Positions 19,340-29,115 of a DNA stretch of 64,000 nt are shown piece after piece. Under the pieces are notes generated by a model. It saw only the letters and a list, made by a program, of their open reading frames with translations. It was not told where the DNA came from and did not search any database. Numbering within the stretch: position 1 is the first letter of the stretch; each line of letters starts with the position of its first letter. The DNA lies in NCBI GenBank assembly GCA_963834325.1, contig CAWIBL010000012.1, positions 2,501,612 to 2,565,611 of the forward strand, written 5' to 3'. Position numbers and translations under genes: made by a program. Source of the stretch: an uncultured Acidobacteriota bacterium (lineage in GTDB: Bacteria > Acidobacteriota > Vicinamibacteria > Vicinamibacterales > UBA2999).

Positions 19340-19954
19340 TCACTCTTCCTCACCGGCCCTGGTCACGGGCCTGGCCGTGAACGCCACCCGGCCGTCCTTC
19401 ACCGAGACCCTGAAGGCCACTTCACTGCCGTCCGCGCCCAGCTTCGAAATCTGCGCGCGCACCACTTCCTGAAAGCGCTCGAAGGGCACCTCGCCGTCCC
19501 CCGCCTGGCGGCGGGCGGCGTTGAGCTGCTCGTGCAGCGCCTTCACCTTGTCGGCCTCGGCGACCGGATCGCGCACCGACATCACCGCCGGCGCGGCCGG
19601 CGGCGGCGCCGCGGCTTCGGGCGGGGCCGGGGTGACCGGCGGCGAGGGCGGCCGGTAGATCGAGCTGCCCCGCGGCGCCGGCCGTCCGCCTTCGCGCGAC
19701 CTCAGGTTGCGTTCCCACAACTCGCAGAAGGCGCTGAAGCGCGACTGCAGCCCCTGGAAGCGGAAGCGCTCGGCCGTGTTCTGGATGGCCATCCGGTCGT
19801 AGCGCTTGATCAGCCCCTCGATCCGCGCGCGCGTCTCCCACGGCAGCTTGGCCAGGCGGCCGGCGAAGAACAGGTTGTACTCGACCTCGAGCCGCTTGAT
19901 CTCGGCTTCGAGCTCGCGCAACTGGCGATCGAACTCGCTGGTGGGCGGGGCCAC
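19340..19954 (-). CDS. Hypothetical protein (coiled-coil N-terminus, Pro-rich linker, small C-terminal domain)
   Basis: Intact 204-aa ORF with a GTG start, 3 nt after the upstream gene stop. It has high GC3 and I recognise no catalytic motif. Confidence 0.6.
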   Translation of the reverse strand: MAPPTSEFDRQLRELEAEIKRLEVEYNLFFAGRLAKLPWETRARIEGLIKRYDRMAIQNTAERFRFQGLQSRFSAFCELWERNLRSREGGRPAPRGSSIYRPPSPPVTPAPPEAAAPPPAAPAVMSVRDPVAEADKVKALHEQLNAARRQAGDGEVPFERFQEVVRAQISKLGADGSEVAFRVSVKDGRVAFTARPVTRAGEEE

Positions 19955-19957
19955 GGC

Positions 19958-20396
19958 TTATCGCAACAGCTGGAACCAGAGCAGCGGGAGCCACAGCTCG
20001 CGCGCGTAGGGCACGGGCCGATCGTCGATGAGCACCTCGGTCTCGGGCCGGTGGCCGACCAGCGTATAGAGGTCGCGCAGCGCGTTCGACGTCGGAGCTG
20101 AAGAAGCGGGCGCGATGGCGGCGCGCCGCGCCGCTGCCCAGGTCGCGGTACTCGGCCGCGGCCTCGGCCCGGGCCACCGCCTCGGTGTAGCCCTCGCCGG
20201 CGAAGGGCGCAAACACCAGGGTGAGCGAGAACGGCAGGTCGCGCGGACCGAAGAGCGCGGCGTGCAGGTCCGGATCGAGCGCCGCGAGTTCCTCGGGCGA
20301 CGGCTCCTCGGCCAGTTCCACGTAGGGCCAGAAGCGCTCGAGCGGGCGGCGCGCGGGCGTCGGGATCGCAGGCACGGCAGCGGGATCGTCGGGCAT
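19958..20396 (-). pseudogene. Hypothetical protein; one frame break
   Basis: ATG 20396. MPDDPAAVPAIPTPARRPLERFWPYVELAEEPSPEELAALDPDLHAALFG...RHRARFFSS continues in the next frame as ...NALRDLYTLVGHRPETEVLIDDRPVPYARELWLPLLWFQLLR*. The jump is at about 20080-20095. Confidence 0.5.
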
Positions 20397-20438
20397 CGGG
20401 GGGCACGCTCGCGGGCGGCGCGACGCGTGAGTTTGTGA

Positions 20439-20447
20439 TGGTATCCT
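20439..20447 (+). promoter_or_regulatory. Candidate extended -10 box TGgTATCCT upstream of selA
   Basis: tggtatcct lies 30 nt upstream of ATG 20477. The same TGnTATCCT form occurs at 56648-56657. Confidence 0.3.
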
Positions 20448-20476
20448 GATCCGCCACCACTCGCAAGACGCCGCCC

Positions 20477-21841
20477 ATGGCCGAGTTCCGCACGATTCCT
20501 TCCATCGAGCAATTGCTCCAGCGTCCCTCCGGACGCGCGCTCGAAACACGCTTCGGGCGCGACGCCGCAACCGCGGCCCTGCGCCACGGCGCCGCCGCCA
20601 TGCGCGAAGCCATGACCGCCGGTCGCGCCGTGGCGGCCGAGGCGGTGCCGGAGGCCATCGCCGCCGCCGCCGCCGCCCGCCTGGCCGACACCGATCGCGG
20701 CTCGCTCCGGCCCGTCGTGAATGCCACCGGGGTCGTGATCCACACCAACCTGGGCCGCGCCCCGCTCTCGGCCCGCGCGCTGGAACGCGTCGCGGCCGTG
20801 GCCCGCGGCTATTCCACGCTGGAGTACGACCTGGCGACGGGCGCCCGGGGGTCGCGATCGGTGCACGCCGAGCAGCTCCTCACCGCACTCACCGGCGCCG
20901 AGGCGGCGGTGGTCGTGAACAACAACGCCGCCGCGATGATGCTGATGCTCGCCGCCCTGGCGCGCGGCCGCGAGGTGCTCATCTCGCGCGGCGAACTGGT
21001 GGAGATCGGCGGCGGCTTCCGCGTGCCCGACGTGATGGCCCAGTCGGGCGCCATCCTGCGCGAGATCGGCACCACCAACCGCACCCGTGTCTCCGACTAC
21101 ACCGCCGCCGCCGGGCCGCACACCGCCCTGTTCCTGCGCGTGCATCCGTCGAACTTCCGCATCGAGGGCTTCACCGAGCGCCCCACGCTCGCCGAACTGG
21201 TGGCGGCCGGACGCGCCTGCGGTGTGCCCGTGGCCGAGGATCTCGGCTCGGGCAACCTCGATCCGGCCTCGCCGTGGGAACCCACCGCGCAGACCTCGCT
21301 GGCGGCGGGGGTCGACCTCGTGGCCGTCAGCGGCGACAAGCTGCTCGGCGGGCCGCAAGCCGGCATCCTGCTCGGCCGGAAGGCGCTCGTCGATCGCCTG
21401 CGCACCCACCCGCTGATGCGGGCGCTGCGCGTCGACAAGCTCACCTATGCCGCGCTCGAGGGGACGCTGCTCGACCACTGGGCCGGACGCGCCCACGACG
21501 GCGTGCCGGTCCTGCGCATGCTGCACGCGCCGCTGGCGGCGGTGCGCGAGCGGGCCGCGGCGCTGGCCGCAACCCTGCGGGCCAGCGGCTGGGAGGCATC
21601 GGTCGTGGCCGGCGAGTCGGCCATCGGCGGCGGCAGCGCGCCCGGGGTGACGGTGCCGACCGCGCTCGTGCGCCTGGCCACGGCGGGCTGGAGCCCCGAT
21701 CGCCTGGAGGCGTGGCTGCGCGGGCTGGAGCTGCCGGTCATCGCGCGCATCCAGGACGACGCGGTGGTCCTCGATCTGCGCACGGTGGCCGAAGAGCAGG
21801 ACGCCGAATTGGTCCGTCTGCTGGCGGCACCGCCGCAGTGA
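20477..21841 (+). CDS. selA: L-seryl-tRNA(Sec) selenium transferase
   Basis: Intact 454-aa ORF with ...VVNATGVVIHTNLGRAPL...VVVNNNAAAMMLML...ISRGELVEIGGGFRVPDVM...SGDKLLGGPQAG.... Confidence 0.9.
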   Translation: MAEFRTIPSIEQLLQRPSGRALETRFGRDAATAALRHGAAAMREAMTAGRAVAAEAVPEAIAAAAAARLADTDRGSLRPVVNATGVVIHTNLGRAPLSARALERVAAVARGYSTLEYDLATGARGSRSVHAEQLLTALTGAEAAVVVNNNAAAMMLMLAALARGREVLISRGELVEIGGGFRVPDVMAQSGAILREIGTTNRTRVSDYTAAAGPHTALFLRVHPSNFRIEGFTERPTLAELVAAGRACGVPVAEDLGSGNLDPASPWEPTAQTSLAAGVDLVAVSGDKLLGGPQAGILLGRKALVDRLRTHPLMRALRVDKLTYAALEGTLLDHWAGRAHDGVPVLRMLHAPLAAVRERAAALAATLRASGWEASVVAGESAIGGGSAPGVTVPTALVRLATAGWSPDRLEAWLRGLELPVIARIQDDAVVLDLRTVAEEQDAELVRLLAAPPQ

Positions 21842-21920
21842 CCGGCTGACCGGGCGGGGTCCTCGTCGATCCGGCCGTAGCCGCTTCCCCGGGCCCGCGG
21901 CGCGGCGCCGGACGCCGCGA

Positions 21921-23360
21921 TCAGAAGATCGTCGAGATCGACTGCTCCGCCCAGGCAATCATCTGCGCCGGCAGCACGCCCAGGTAGAGCACCGCCAGCA
22001 CCGACATCACCAGACCGGCCATGGCCAGGCCCGACACGGGCGCCGGCACGGGGCGGGCGTCGCGCTCCGACATGTACATCATCACCACGATGCGCAGGTA
22101 GAAGTAGACCGACACCACGCTCGACAGCATGCCGATGATGGCCAGCCCGTAGTAGCCCGCGCTCACCGCGGCGCTGAAGGTGTACCACTTGGCGATGAAG
22201 CCGACGGTGGGCGGGAAACCGCCGAGCGAGAGCAGGAACACCGTCATCAGCAGCGCCAACGCCGGGTGCGAGCGGGCCAGCCCGGCGTAGTCGCGGAGGT
22301 CGTCGTTGGCGTGGTCGCGCGAGCCGAGCAGGGCGATGATGCCGAAGGCGCCGAGATTGGTGACCGCGTAGCCGGCCAGGTAGAAGAGCAACGACGCCTT
22401 GCCCATCTCGTTGGCGGCCACGATGGCCACGAGCAGGTAGCCGCCGTGCGCGATGCTCGAATACGCCAGCATGCGCTTGAGGCTGGTCTGCGAGACGCCC
22501 ACCACCGTGCCCACGACCATGGTCAGCGCCGACACGACCCAGAGCACCGGCGTCCAGTCGGCCACGAGCGGGGCCAGCGCCGACAGGAACACGCGGGCGA
22601 ACGCCGCGATGGCCGCCGCCTTTACGCCGGTGGACATGAATCCGGTCACCACCGCCGGCGCGCCTTCGTAGGCGTCGGGCGACCACATGTGGAACGGCAC
22701 GGCCGCGATCTTGAAGCCGAAGCCGACGATGAGCAGGCCCACGGCGATGAGCAGCATCGGACTGGCCGACATCGACTGGGCGGCGATGGCGGCGCCGGCC
22801 TGTTCGAGGTGGGTCGTGCCGGTCACGCCGTAGATGAACGCGATGCCGTAGAGGAAGAACGAACTGGCGAAGGCCCCGAGCAGGAAGTACTTGAAGGCCG
22901 CTTCGGTGGCGTTGGCCTGCTCGCGGCGCAGGCCGGTGAGCACGTAGACGGCAATCGACATGGTCTCGAGGGCCAGGAAGATGAGCAGCAGGTCGGTGGC
23001 CTGGACCATCAGCATCATGCCGACGATGCCGAAGAGGACGAGCGCGTAGTACTCGCCCACCGGCAGGCCGTCACGCTCCAGCGTCTGCGACGAGAACAGC
23101 ACCGTGAGCAGGCCGACGACGACCAGGATCAGGTTCACGAAGAGCGAGAAGTTGTCGGCCGTGACCACCCCGAAGCTCGAGGCGTTGCGGTCCCAGAGCA
23201 GCACCGAGGCCACCCCGGCGCCGAGCAAGCCGATGACCGCCAGCCCCCCGATGGGCATCCGCTCGCCCTTGGCCCGGAAGGCCTCGGCCAGCAGGGCGAA
23301 GAGCCCGGCCAGCGAGACACAGACCATCGGGACGACCGCGTCGAACGCGCTGTTGAACAT
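21921..23360 (-). CDS. nuoN: NADH-quinone oxidoreductase subunit N
   Basis: Intact 479-aa polytopic ORF with ...KRMLAYSSIAHGGYLLV.... ATG 23360 abuts the nuoM stop. Confidence 0.9.
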   Translation of the reverse strand: MFNSAFDAVVPMVCVSLAGLFALLAEAFRAKGERMPIGGLAVIGLLGAGVASVLLWDRNASSFGVVTADNFSLFVNLILVVVGLLTVLFSSQTLERDGLPVGEYYALVLFGIVGMMLMVQATDLLLIFLALETMSIAVYVLTGLRREQANATEAAFKYFLLGAFASSFFLYGIAFIYGVTGTTHLEQAGAAIAAQSMSASPMLLIAVGLLIVGFGFKIAAVPFHMWSPDAYEGAPAVVTGFMSTGVKAAAIAAFARVFLSALAPLVADWTPVLWVVSALTMVVGTVVGVSQTSLKRMLAYSSIAHGGYLLVAIVAANEMGKASLLFYLAGYAVTNLGAFGIIALLGSRDHANDDLRDYAGLARSHPALALLMTVFLLSLGGFPPTVGFIAKWYTFSAAVSAGYYGLAIIGMLSSVVSVYFYLRIVVMMYMSERDARPVPAPVSGLAMAGLVMSVLAVLYLGVLPAQMIAWAEQSISTIF

Positions 23361-24957
23361 CTACTGCCCCTCGCCGGCGCTGGCGCGCGCCGCAACCGGC
23401 GCCGCGGCGCCGGCAAACCAGGAACGCCACCCGGCATCGACCCGCATCGGTTCGCGGGATTCCATACGCTGCACGATGCGGGTCACGGCCGGCTCCATCG
23501 GCGCCAGGAAAATATTGGGGGCCACGCCCATCAGAATCGACATGGCGCAGAGCGGGCCGATGACGGCCCACTCGCGCACGCTGAGGTCCTTGAGGTGGCG
23601 GTTGGCGGGATTGGTGACCGGACCGGTGTAGACGCGCTGGAACATCCAGAGCATGTAGACGGCCGACAGGATCACGCCGAGGGCGGCGACCACGACGAAG
23701 CGCGGATCCCAGCGGAAGGCGCCGAGCAGGATCAGGAACTCGCCGATGAACCCGTTCATCCCGGGCAGGCCGACCGAGGCCAGCGTGATGATCAGGAAGG
23801 CGGCGGTCAGCCGCGGCATCACCGACTTCAGGCCGCCGAACTCGCTGATGAGGCGCGTGTGGCGGCGGTCCGAGAGCATCCCGACCACCGCGAACAGCCC
23901 GCCCGTGCTGACGCCGTGCGCGAGCATCTGGTAGGACGCGCCCTGCAGCCCGTTGACGTTCATGGCGGCGATGCCCAGCACGACGAAGCCCATGTGGCTC
24001 ACCGAGGAGTAGGCCACCAGCTTCTTCATGTCGGGCTGCACCATGGCCACGAGCGCGCCGTAGACGATGGCGATCGACCGCCAGGACGGCGAGCAGCGGC
24101 GCGAAGGCCAGCGCCGCTTCGGGGAACAGCGGAAAGGCGAAGCGCATGCAGGCCGTAGGCGCCCATCTTCAGCATCACCCCGGCCAGGATGACCGAGCCG
24201 GGCGTCGGCGCCTGCACGTGCGCATCGGGCAGCCAGGTGTGGAACGGGAAGAGCGGCACCTTGATGGCGAAGGCCAGCGCGAAGGCCAGGAAGAACCAGT
24301 ACTGCAGGTTCTCGGGCACCCGCAGCTCGTAGAGCTTCAGCACGTCGAAGGAATACTGCCCGGTCGCCTGCTGGTGCAGCCAGGCGGTGCCGATGATGGC
24401 CACCAGCATCAGCACGCTGCCGGCCATGGTGTAGAGCAGGAACTTGATCGAGGCGTAGAGCCGCTGGTCGTAGCCCCAGATGCCGATGAGGAAATACATC
24501 GGGATGAGCACGAAGTCCCAGAACACGTAGAAGAGGAAGAGGTCGAGCGACACGAACACGCCGATCATCGAGGCCTCGAGCAGCAGCATGAAGATCGAGA
24601 ACTCCTTCACCCGCTCGTGGATGCCCTTCCCACGCCGGTGAGCAGGGCGATGGGCGTGAGGAACGTCGTGAGCACGACCAGCATCAGGCTGATGCCGTCG
24701 AGGCCCAGGTAATAGTCGATGCCGAAGGTCGGAATCCAGGCGTGGCGCTCCACGAACTGGAAGGCCGGCGCGGCCGCCGACGGGTCGAAGCCGGCCCACA
24801 GGGCCAGCGAGGCCACGAAGGTCAGCAGCGAGATGGCCAGGGCGCCCAGGCGCATCGTCTGGTCTTTCGAGCCGTCGCGATTGGGCAGCGCCAGCAGCAG
24901 CAGCGAGCCCACGATGGGCAGCGCGATGAGCAGCGTCAGGATCGGCACACCAGTCAC
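23361..24957 (-). pseudogene. nuoM: NADH-quinone oxidoreductase subunit M; at least three frame breaks
   Basis: GTG 24957. The pieces are: [10 protein letters not shown]...TPIALLTG; then ...[50 protein letters not shown]...LKMGAYGL; then [24 protein letters not shown]; then [30 protein letters not shown].... The jumps are at about 24640 (net two bases), about 24148 and about 24085. Confidence 0.9.
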
Positions 24958-24958
24958 G

Positions 24959-27194
24959 TTATCTCCAGAGGTAGTAGCCGAGCACCAGCACGACGCCCAC
25001 GAACGTGGACGCGGCGTAGCTGCGCACCGAGCCGGTCTGAAACAGCCGCAGCACCGCGCTCACGCCGGCCACGAGATAGCCGGCCACGTTGACCGCGCCG
25101 TCGATGAGCCTGGCGTCGGCCACCTTCCACAGCCCCTGCGTCGAGGCGGTCTGGATCGGGTGGACGATGGCCGCGTCGTAGAGTTCGTCGACGTAGTACT
25201 TGTTGAGCAGCAGCCGGTGCAGGCCGGGGAAGTTCCTGGCCATGGCCGCCGGGATGTGCGGGTTCTTGAGCCACAGGAAAGCGGCCAGGCCGATGCCCAG
25301 CAGGGCGATGAGCGACGACACGCCCATGAGCGTGAGCTCGAGCTGCGTCTTGTCCTCCGCGCCGTGTCCGCCCTCGGCTTGCGCGTCGTGCGACTCGCCG
25401 GCGCCCTGCAGCGACGCGGTCACCGGCCGCTCCGCCGCGGTCTGCGCGGACGAGGCCACCGCCGGGGCGGCATCGCCGGGCGCGCACTCCGCCAGGGTCA
25501 TGCCGGCCGGCGCGCCGGGCAGGGTCACCGGAATGTTGCACTCGGCCAGCGCCTTCGAGGTCGCCGAGAACGACGGCTGCAGCCATTCGCCGAGCAGGTT
25601 GTGCCCGCCCATCAGGGCATGCGGCCAGCCGATCCAGCCGGCCGAGATCGAGCCGAGGGCCAGCACGATGAGCGCCACGGCCATGGCCGGAGGCGCGTCG
25701 TGCAGGTGGCCGCCGCCGTGACCGTGAGCCCCGCCGTGCCGTGAGCCCGCGGAGCCGTGGCCCGCGTGGTCGTCGTGGCCATGGGCCGCGTGCCCGTGAA
25801 CCTCGGCCGGCCCGTGGGCGAGCGCGTCGGCCGGGCCGTGGCCGGCCGCGGCCGGGGCCAGCCGCCGTTCGCCGTGGAAGGTCAGGAAGACCAGGCGGAA
25901 CATGTAGGTGGCGGTGAGCAGCGAGGTGACGACGCCCATCACCCACAGGATCTGGTGCCCGTGGTCGAAGGTCTCGAACAGGATTTCGTCCTTCGAGAAG
26001 AAGCCGGCCAGCAGCGGCACGCCGGCAATGGCCAGCGACGCGACCAGGAACGTCCAGTAGGTGATCGGCAGGGCCTTTCTCAGCCCGCCCATGTGGCGGA
26101 TGTCCTGCTCGCCGTGCAGGGCGTGGATCACGGCGCCGGAGCCGAGGAACAGGCAGGCCTTGAAGAAGGCATGGGTGAAGAGGTGGAACACGCCGGCGCC
26201 GAACGCGCCGACGCCCATGGCCAGGAACATGTAGCCGAGCTGCGACACGGTCGAGTAGGCGAGCACCCGCTTGATGTCGTTCTGCACGAGGCCGATGGTG
26301 CCGGCAAAGAGCGCCGTGACGACGCCGACCACGGCAATCACGCCGAGGGTGATCGGCGCGTGCTCGAACAGCACGGCGTTACGGCCGATCATGTAGACGC
26401 CGGCGGTGACCATGGTGGCGGCGTGGATCAGGGCCGACACCGGCGTCGGGCCCTCCATGGCGTCGGGTAGCCAGGTGTAGAGCGGAATCTGCGCCGACTT
26501 GCCGGTGGCGCCGCCGAAGAGCAGCAGCGTGATCAGGCTGATGGTCAGGAACGAGGTCTCGACCGGCATGGCCGAGGCCTTGGCCGCGATGATCTGGAAG
26601 TCGAACGACCCGAAGGTGACAAACGCCAGCAGGATGCCGAGGAGGAACGAGTAGTCGCCGATGCGGTTGACGATGAACGCCTTCTTGGCCGCGTCCCCCG
26701 CCGCCTTCTTCACGTAGTAGAAGCCGATGAGCAGGTAGGAGCACAGGCCCACGCCCTCCCAGCCGACGAACATCACCAGGAAGTTCGAGCCGAGCACGAG
26801 CAGCAGCATGAAGAAGACGAACAGGTTCAGGTAGGAGAAGAACCGCGCGAACTCGCTGTCGGTCTCCTCGCTCATGTAGGCGGTGGAGTAGATGTGGATG
26901 AGCGAGCCGATGCCGGTGATGACCAGGATCATCAGCGCCGACAGCGGGATCGAGGCGGAACGTCAGGTCGAGCACGAAGTCGCCCGACTTGATCCACGTG
27001 AACACGGTGTAGCTGAGTTCGCGGCTGGTGGCCGGCAGCGCCGCCAGGCTCAGCACCTGGGTGACGGCCACCGCGAACGAGGCGAGCATGGCCGCGCAGG
27101 CCAGGCCGCCGGAGACCACCTTGGGCAGGCGCCGGCCGAGGCTGGCGTTGACCAGGAAGCCGAGGAACGGGAGGAGCGGGATCAGCGCGAGCAC
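24959..27194 (-). pseudogene. nuoL: NADH-quinone oxidoreductase subunit L (long form with a His/Gly/Ala-rich insert); one frame break
   Basis: MLALIPLLPFLGFLVNASLGRRLPK...LDLTFRLDP (ORF 26379..27194) continues as LSALMILVITGIGSLIHIYSTAYM... (ORF 24959..26932). The jump is at GATCCCG, about 26946-26948. Confidence 0.9.
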
Positions 27195-27198
27195 GGCA

Positions 27199-27501
27199 TC
27201 ACCACTTGAGGTTCGTGAACGCCTCGGGACTGAGCGATTCCCGATGACGGAAAAGGGCGATGATGATGGCCAGGCCGACGGCCGCTTCGGCCGCGGCTAC
27301 GGTCATCACGAAGAAGGTGATGATCTGGCCGTCGACGGTGCCGAACTGCCGCCCGAAGGCGACGAACGTCAGGTTGACGGCGTTCAGCATCACTTCCACC
27401 GACAGCAGCAGGGTGATGACGTTGCGGCGCAGGAACACGCCCGCCGTGCCGATGGCAAAGAGCAGGCCCGACAGAATCAGGTAATGGCTGATGGGGACCA
27501 T
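27199..27501 (-). CDS. nuoK: NADH-quinone oxidoreductase subunit K
   Basis: Intact 100-aa [47 protein letters not shown].... Confidence 0.9.
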   Translation of the reverse strand: MVPISHYLILSGLLFAIGTAGVFLRRNVITLLLSVEVMLNAVNLTFVAFGRQFGTVDGQIITFFVMTVAAAEAAVGLAIIIALFRHRESLSPEAFTNLKW

Positions 27502-27503
27502 GG

Positions 27504-28031
27504 TCAGTTCCCCTTCTTTCCGGCCAGCACCACGGCCCCGATCATGGCCGCGATGATCAGGATGGAGGTGGCTTCGAAGGCGAACATGTAGTCGGTGAAG
27601 AGCACCCGGCCGAGCAGCCGCACGCTCGAGGCGCCCGGCGCCGCCTCACCCACGCCGGCGCCGAGGTCACTCATGCGCGAGAAGGTCCAGGCCAGCTGGC
27701 CGAGCAGCACCACCGCCAGCACCGCGCCGACGCGGGTCGGGCCGGGCCGGTAATAGGGGTGGGAGCGGTCCCACTCCGCGCCGTCCTCGCGCGAAGCGTT
27801 GAGCAGCATCACCGTGAACAGGAACAGCACCAGGATGGCGCCGGCGTAGATGATGATCTGCACCACCGCCACAAACGGCGCCTCGAGCAGCACGTAGAGA
27901 CCCGACAGGCCGCCGAACGCCCCCACGATCGCCACCACGCTGTAGATCGGGTTGCGCTGCCCGACGACCAGCAGCGCGCCGATCACGGTGATGGCTGCGA
28001 AGAAATAGAAGAGAAGCAGATCAAAGGCCAA
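27504..28031 (-). CDS. nuoJ: NADH-quinone oxidoreductase subunit J
   Basis: Intact 175-aa ORF with a TTG start. It overlaps the nuoH 3-prime end by 11 nt, so there is no room for nuoI. Confidence 0.85.
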   Translation of the reverse strand: MAFDLLLFYFFAAITVIGALLVVGQRNPIYSVVAIVGAFGGLSGLYVLLEAPFVAVVQIIIYAGAILVLFLFTVMLLNASREDGAEWDRSHPYYRPGPTRVGAVLAVVLLGQLAWTFSRMSDLGAGVGEAAPGASSVRLLGRVLFTDYMFAFEATSILIIAAMIGAVVLAGKKGN

Positions 28032-29091
28032 AGGCGATCACCCCCGCTGCCACAATCAGCAGATTCACCGTCGCCAGCGGCAACATCACTTTCCAGCCGA
28101 GCGTCATCAACTGGTCGTAGCGCACCCGCGGCAGGGTCCACCGCAGCCACAGATAGATGAAGAGCAGCACCGCCAGCTTGATGAGGAACCAGATCCAGCC
28201 GTAGGCCGGTGACAGGAACGGGCCGTGCCAGCCGCCGAGGAACAGGTTCACCGCCACGGCCGAGACCGTGACCATGTTGATGTATTCGGCCATGAAGAAC
28301 ATGGCGAAGCGCATCGAGCTGTACTCGGTGTGGTAGCCGGCCACCAGTTCCTGCTCGGCTTCGGGGAAGTCGAACGGGGCGCGGTTGGTCTCGGCGACGC
28401 CGGCGGTGAAGAACAGCAGGAACGCCACCAGCCCGAACGGGAACACGGCAAAGACGTTCCAGCGCGGGATGAGGTCGAAGTAGTAGCCCGACTGCGCGTC
28501 GACGATCTCGCGGAACGACATCGACCCGGCCAGGAGCACGATGGTGGCCAGGGCCATGCCGTAGGCCAGCTCGTAGCTGATCATCTGCGCCGAGCTGCGC
28601 AGGCCGCCGAGCAGCGAATACTTCGAGTTGCTCGCCCAGCCGGCGAGCACGATGCCGTAGACGCCCACCGAGGAGACGGCGAAGAACGCCAGCACGCCCA
28701 CGTTCAGGTCGGCGACCTGGAGGGCGATCGGCTCGTCGAGCCAGCCGAAGAACGTCGTCGTGGCCCCGAACGGCACCGGCGCGAAGGCGACGAAGGCCGC
28801 GGCCACCGAGATGATCGGCGCCAGCGAGAAGAGCCACTTGTCGGCGGACTTGGGCTGGAGTTCTTCCTTGAAGAAGAGCTTGACGATGTCGGCAATCGGC
28901 TGGAGCAGGCCCTTGGGGCCCACCAGCCACGGGCCGTAGCGCTGCTGCATGAGCGCGGCGACCTTGCGTTCGGCGTAGACCATGACGGCGGCTGAAATCT
29001 GCAGTGCCAGGAACAGCACGCCGACCAGCGTCGCGTAGGCGACCCACCAGTTCTGGGGTGGGCGAAGCGGCCACATGAGGGTTTCGAGCAT
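28021..29091 (-). CDS. nuoH: NADH-quinone oxidoreductase subunit H
   Basis: Intact 356-aa ORF with ...YAERKVAALMQQRYGPWLVGPKGLLQPIADIVKLFFKE...EAEQELVAGYHTEYSSMRFAMFFMAEY.... Confidence 0.95.
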   Translation of the reverse strand: MLETLMWPLRPPQNWWVAYATLVGVLFLALQISAAVMVYAERKVAALMQQRYGPWLVGPKGLLQPIADIVKLFFKEELQPKSADKWLFSLAPIISVAAAFVAFAPVPFGATTTFFGWLDEPIALQVADLNVGVLAFFAVSSVGVYGIVLAGWASNSKYSLLGGLRSSAQMISYELAYGMALATIVLLAGSMSFREIVDAQSGYYFDLIPRWNVFAVFPFGLVAFLLFFTAGVAETNRAPFDFPEAEQELVAGYHTEYSSMRFAMFFMAEYINMVTVSAVAVNLFLGGWHGPFLSPAYGWIWFLIKLAVLLFIYLWLRWTLPRVRYDQLMTLGWKVMLPLATVNLLIVAAGVIAFGL

Positions 29092-29115
29092 GACGTCGGG
29101 CCTGGGCTCCCTGCC

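Noticed and set aside
20477-21841. Selenocysteine (in-frame TGA) recoding as the explanation for some split genes, given that selA is present
   Set aside because: Every split gene I examined resumes in a different frame, not in the same frame after a TGA. None belongs to a known selenoprotein family.
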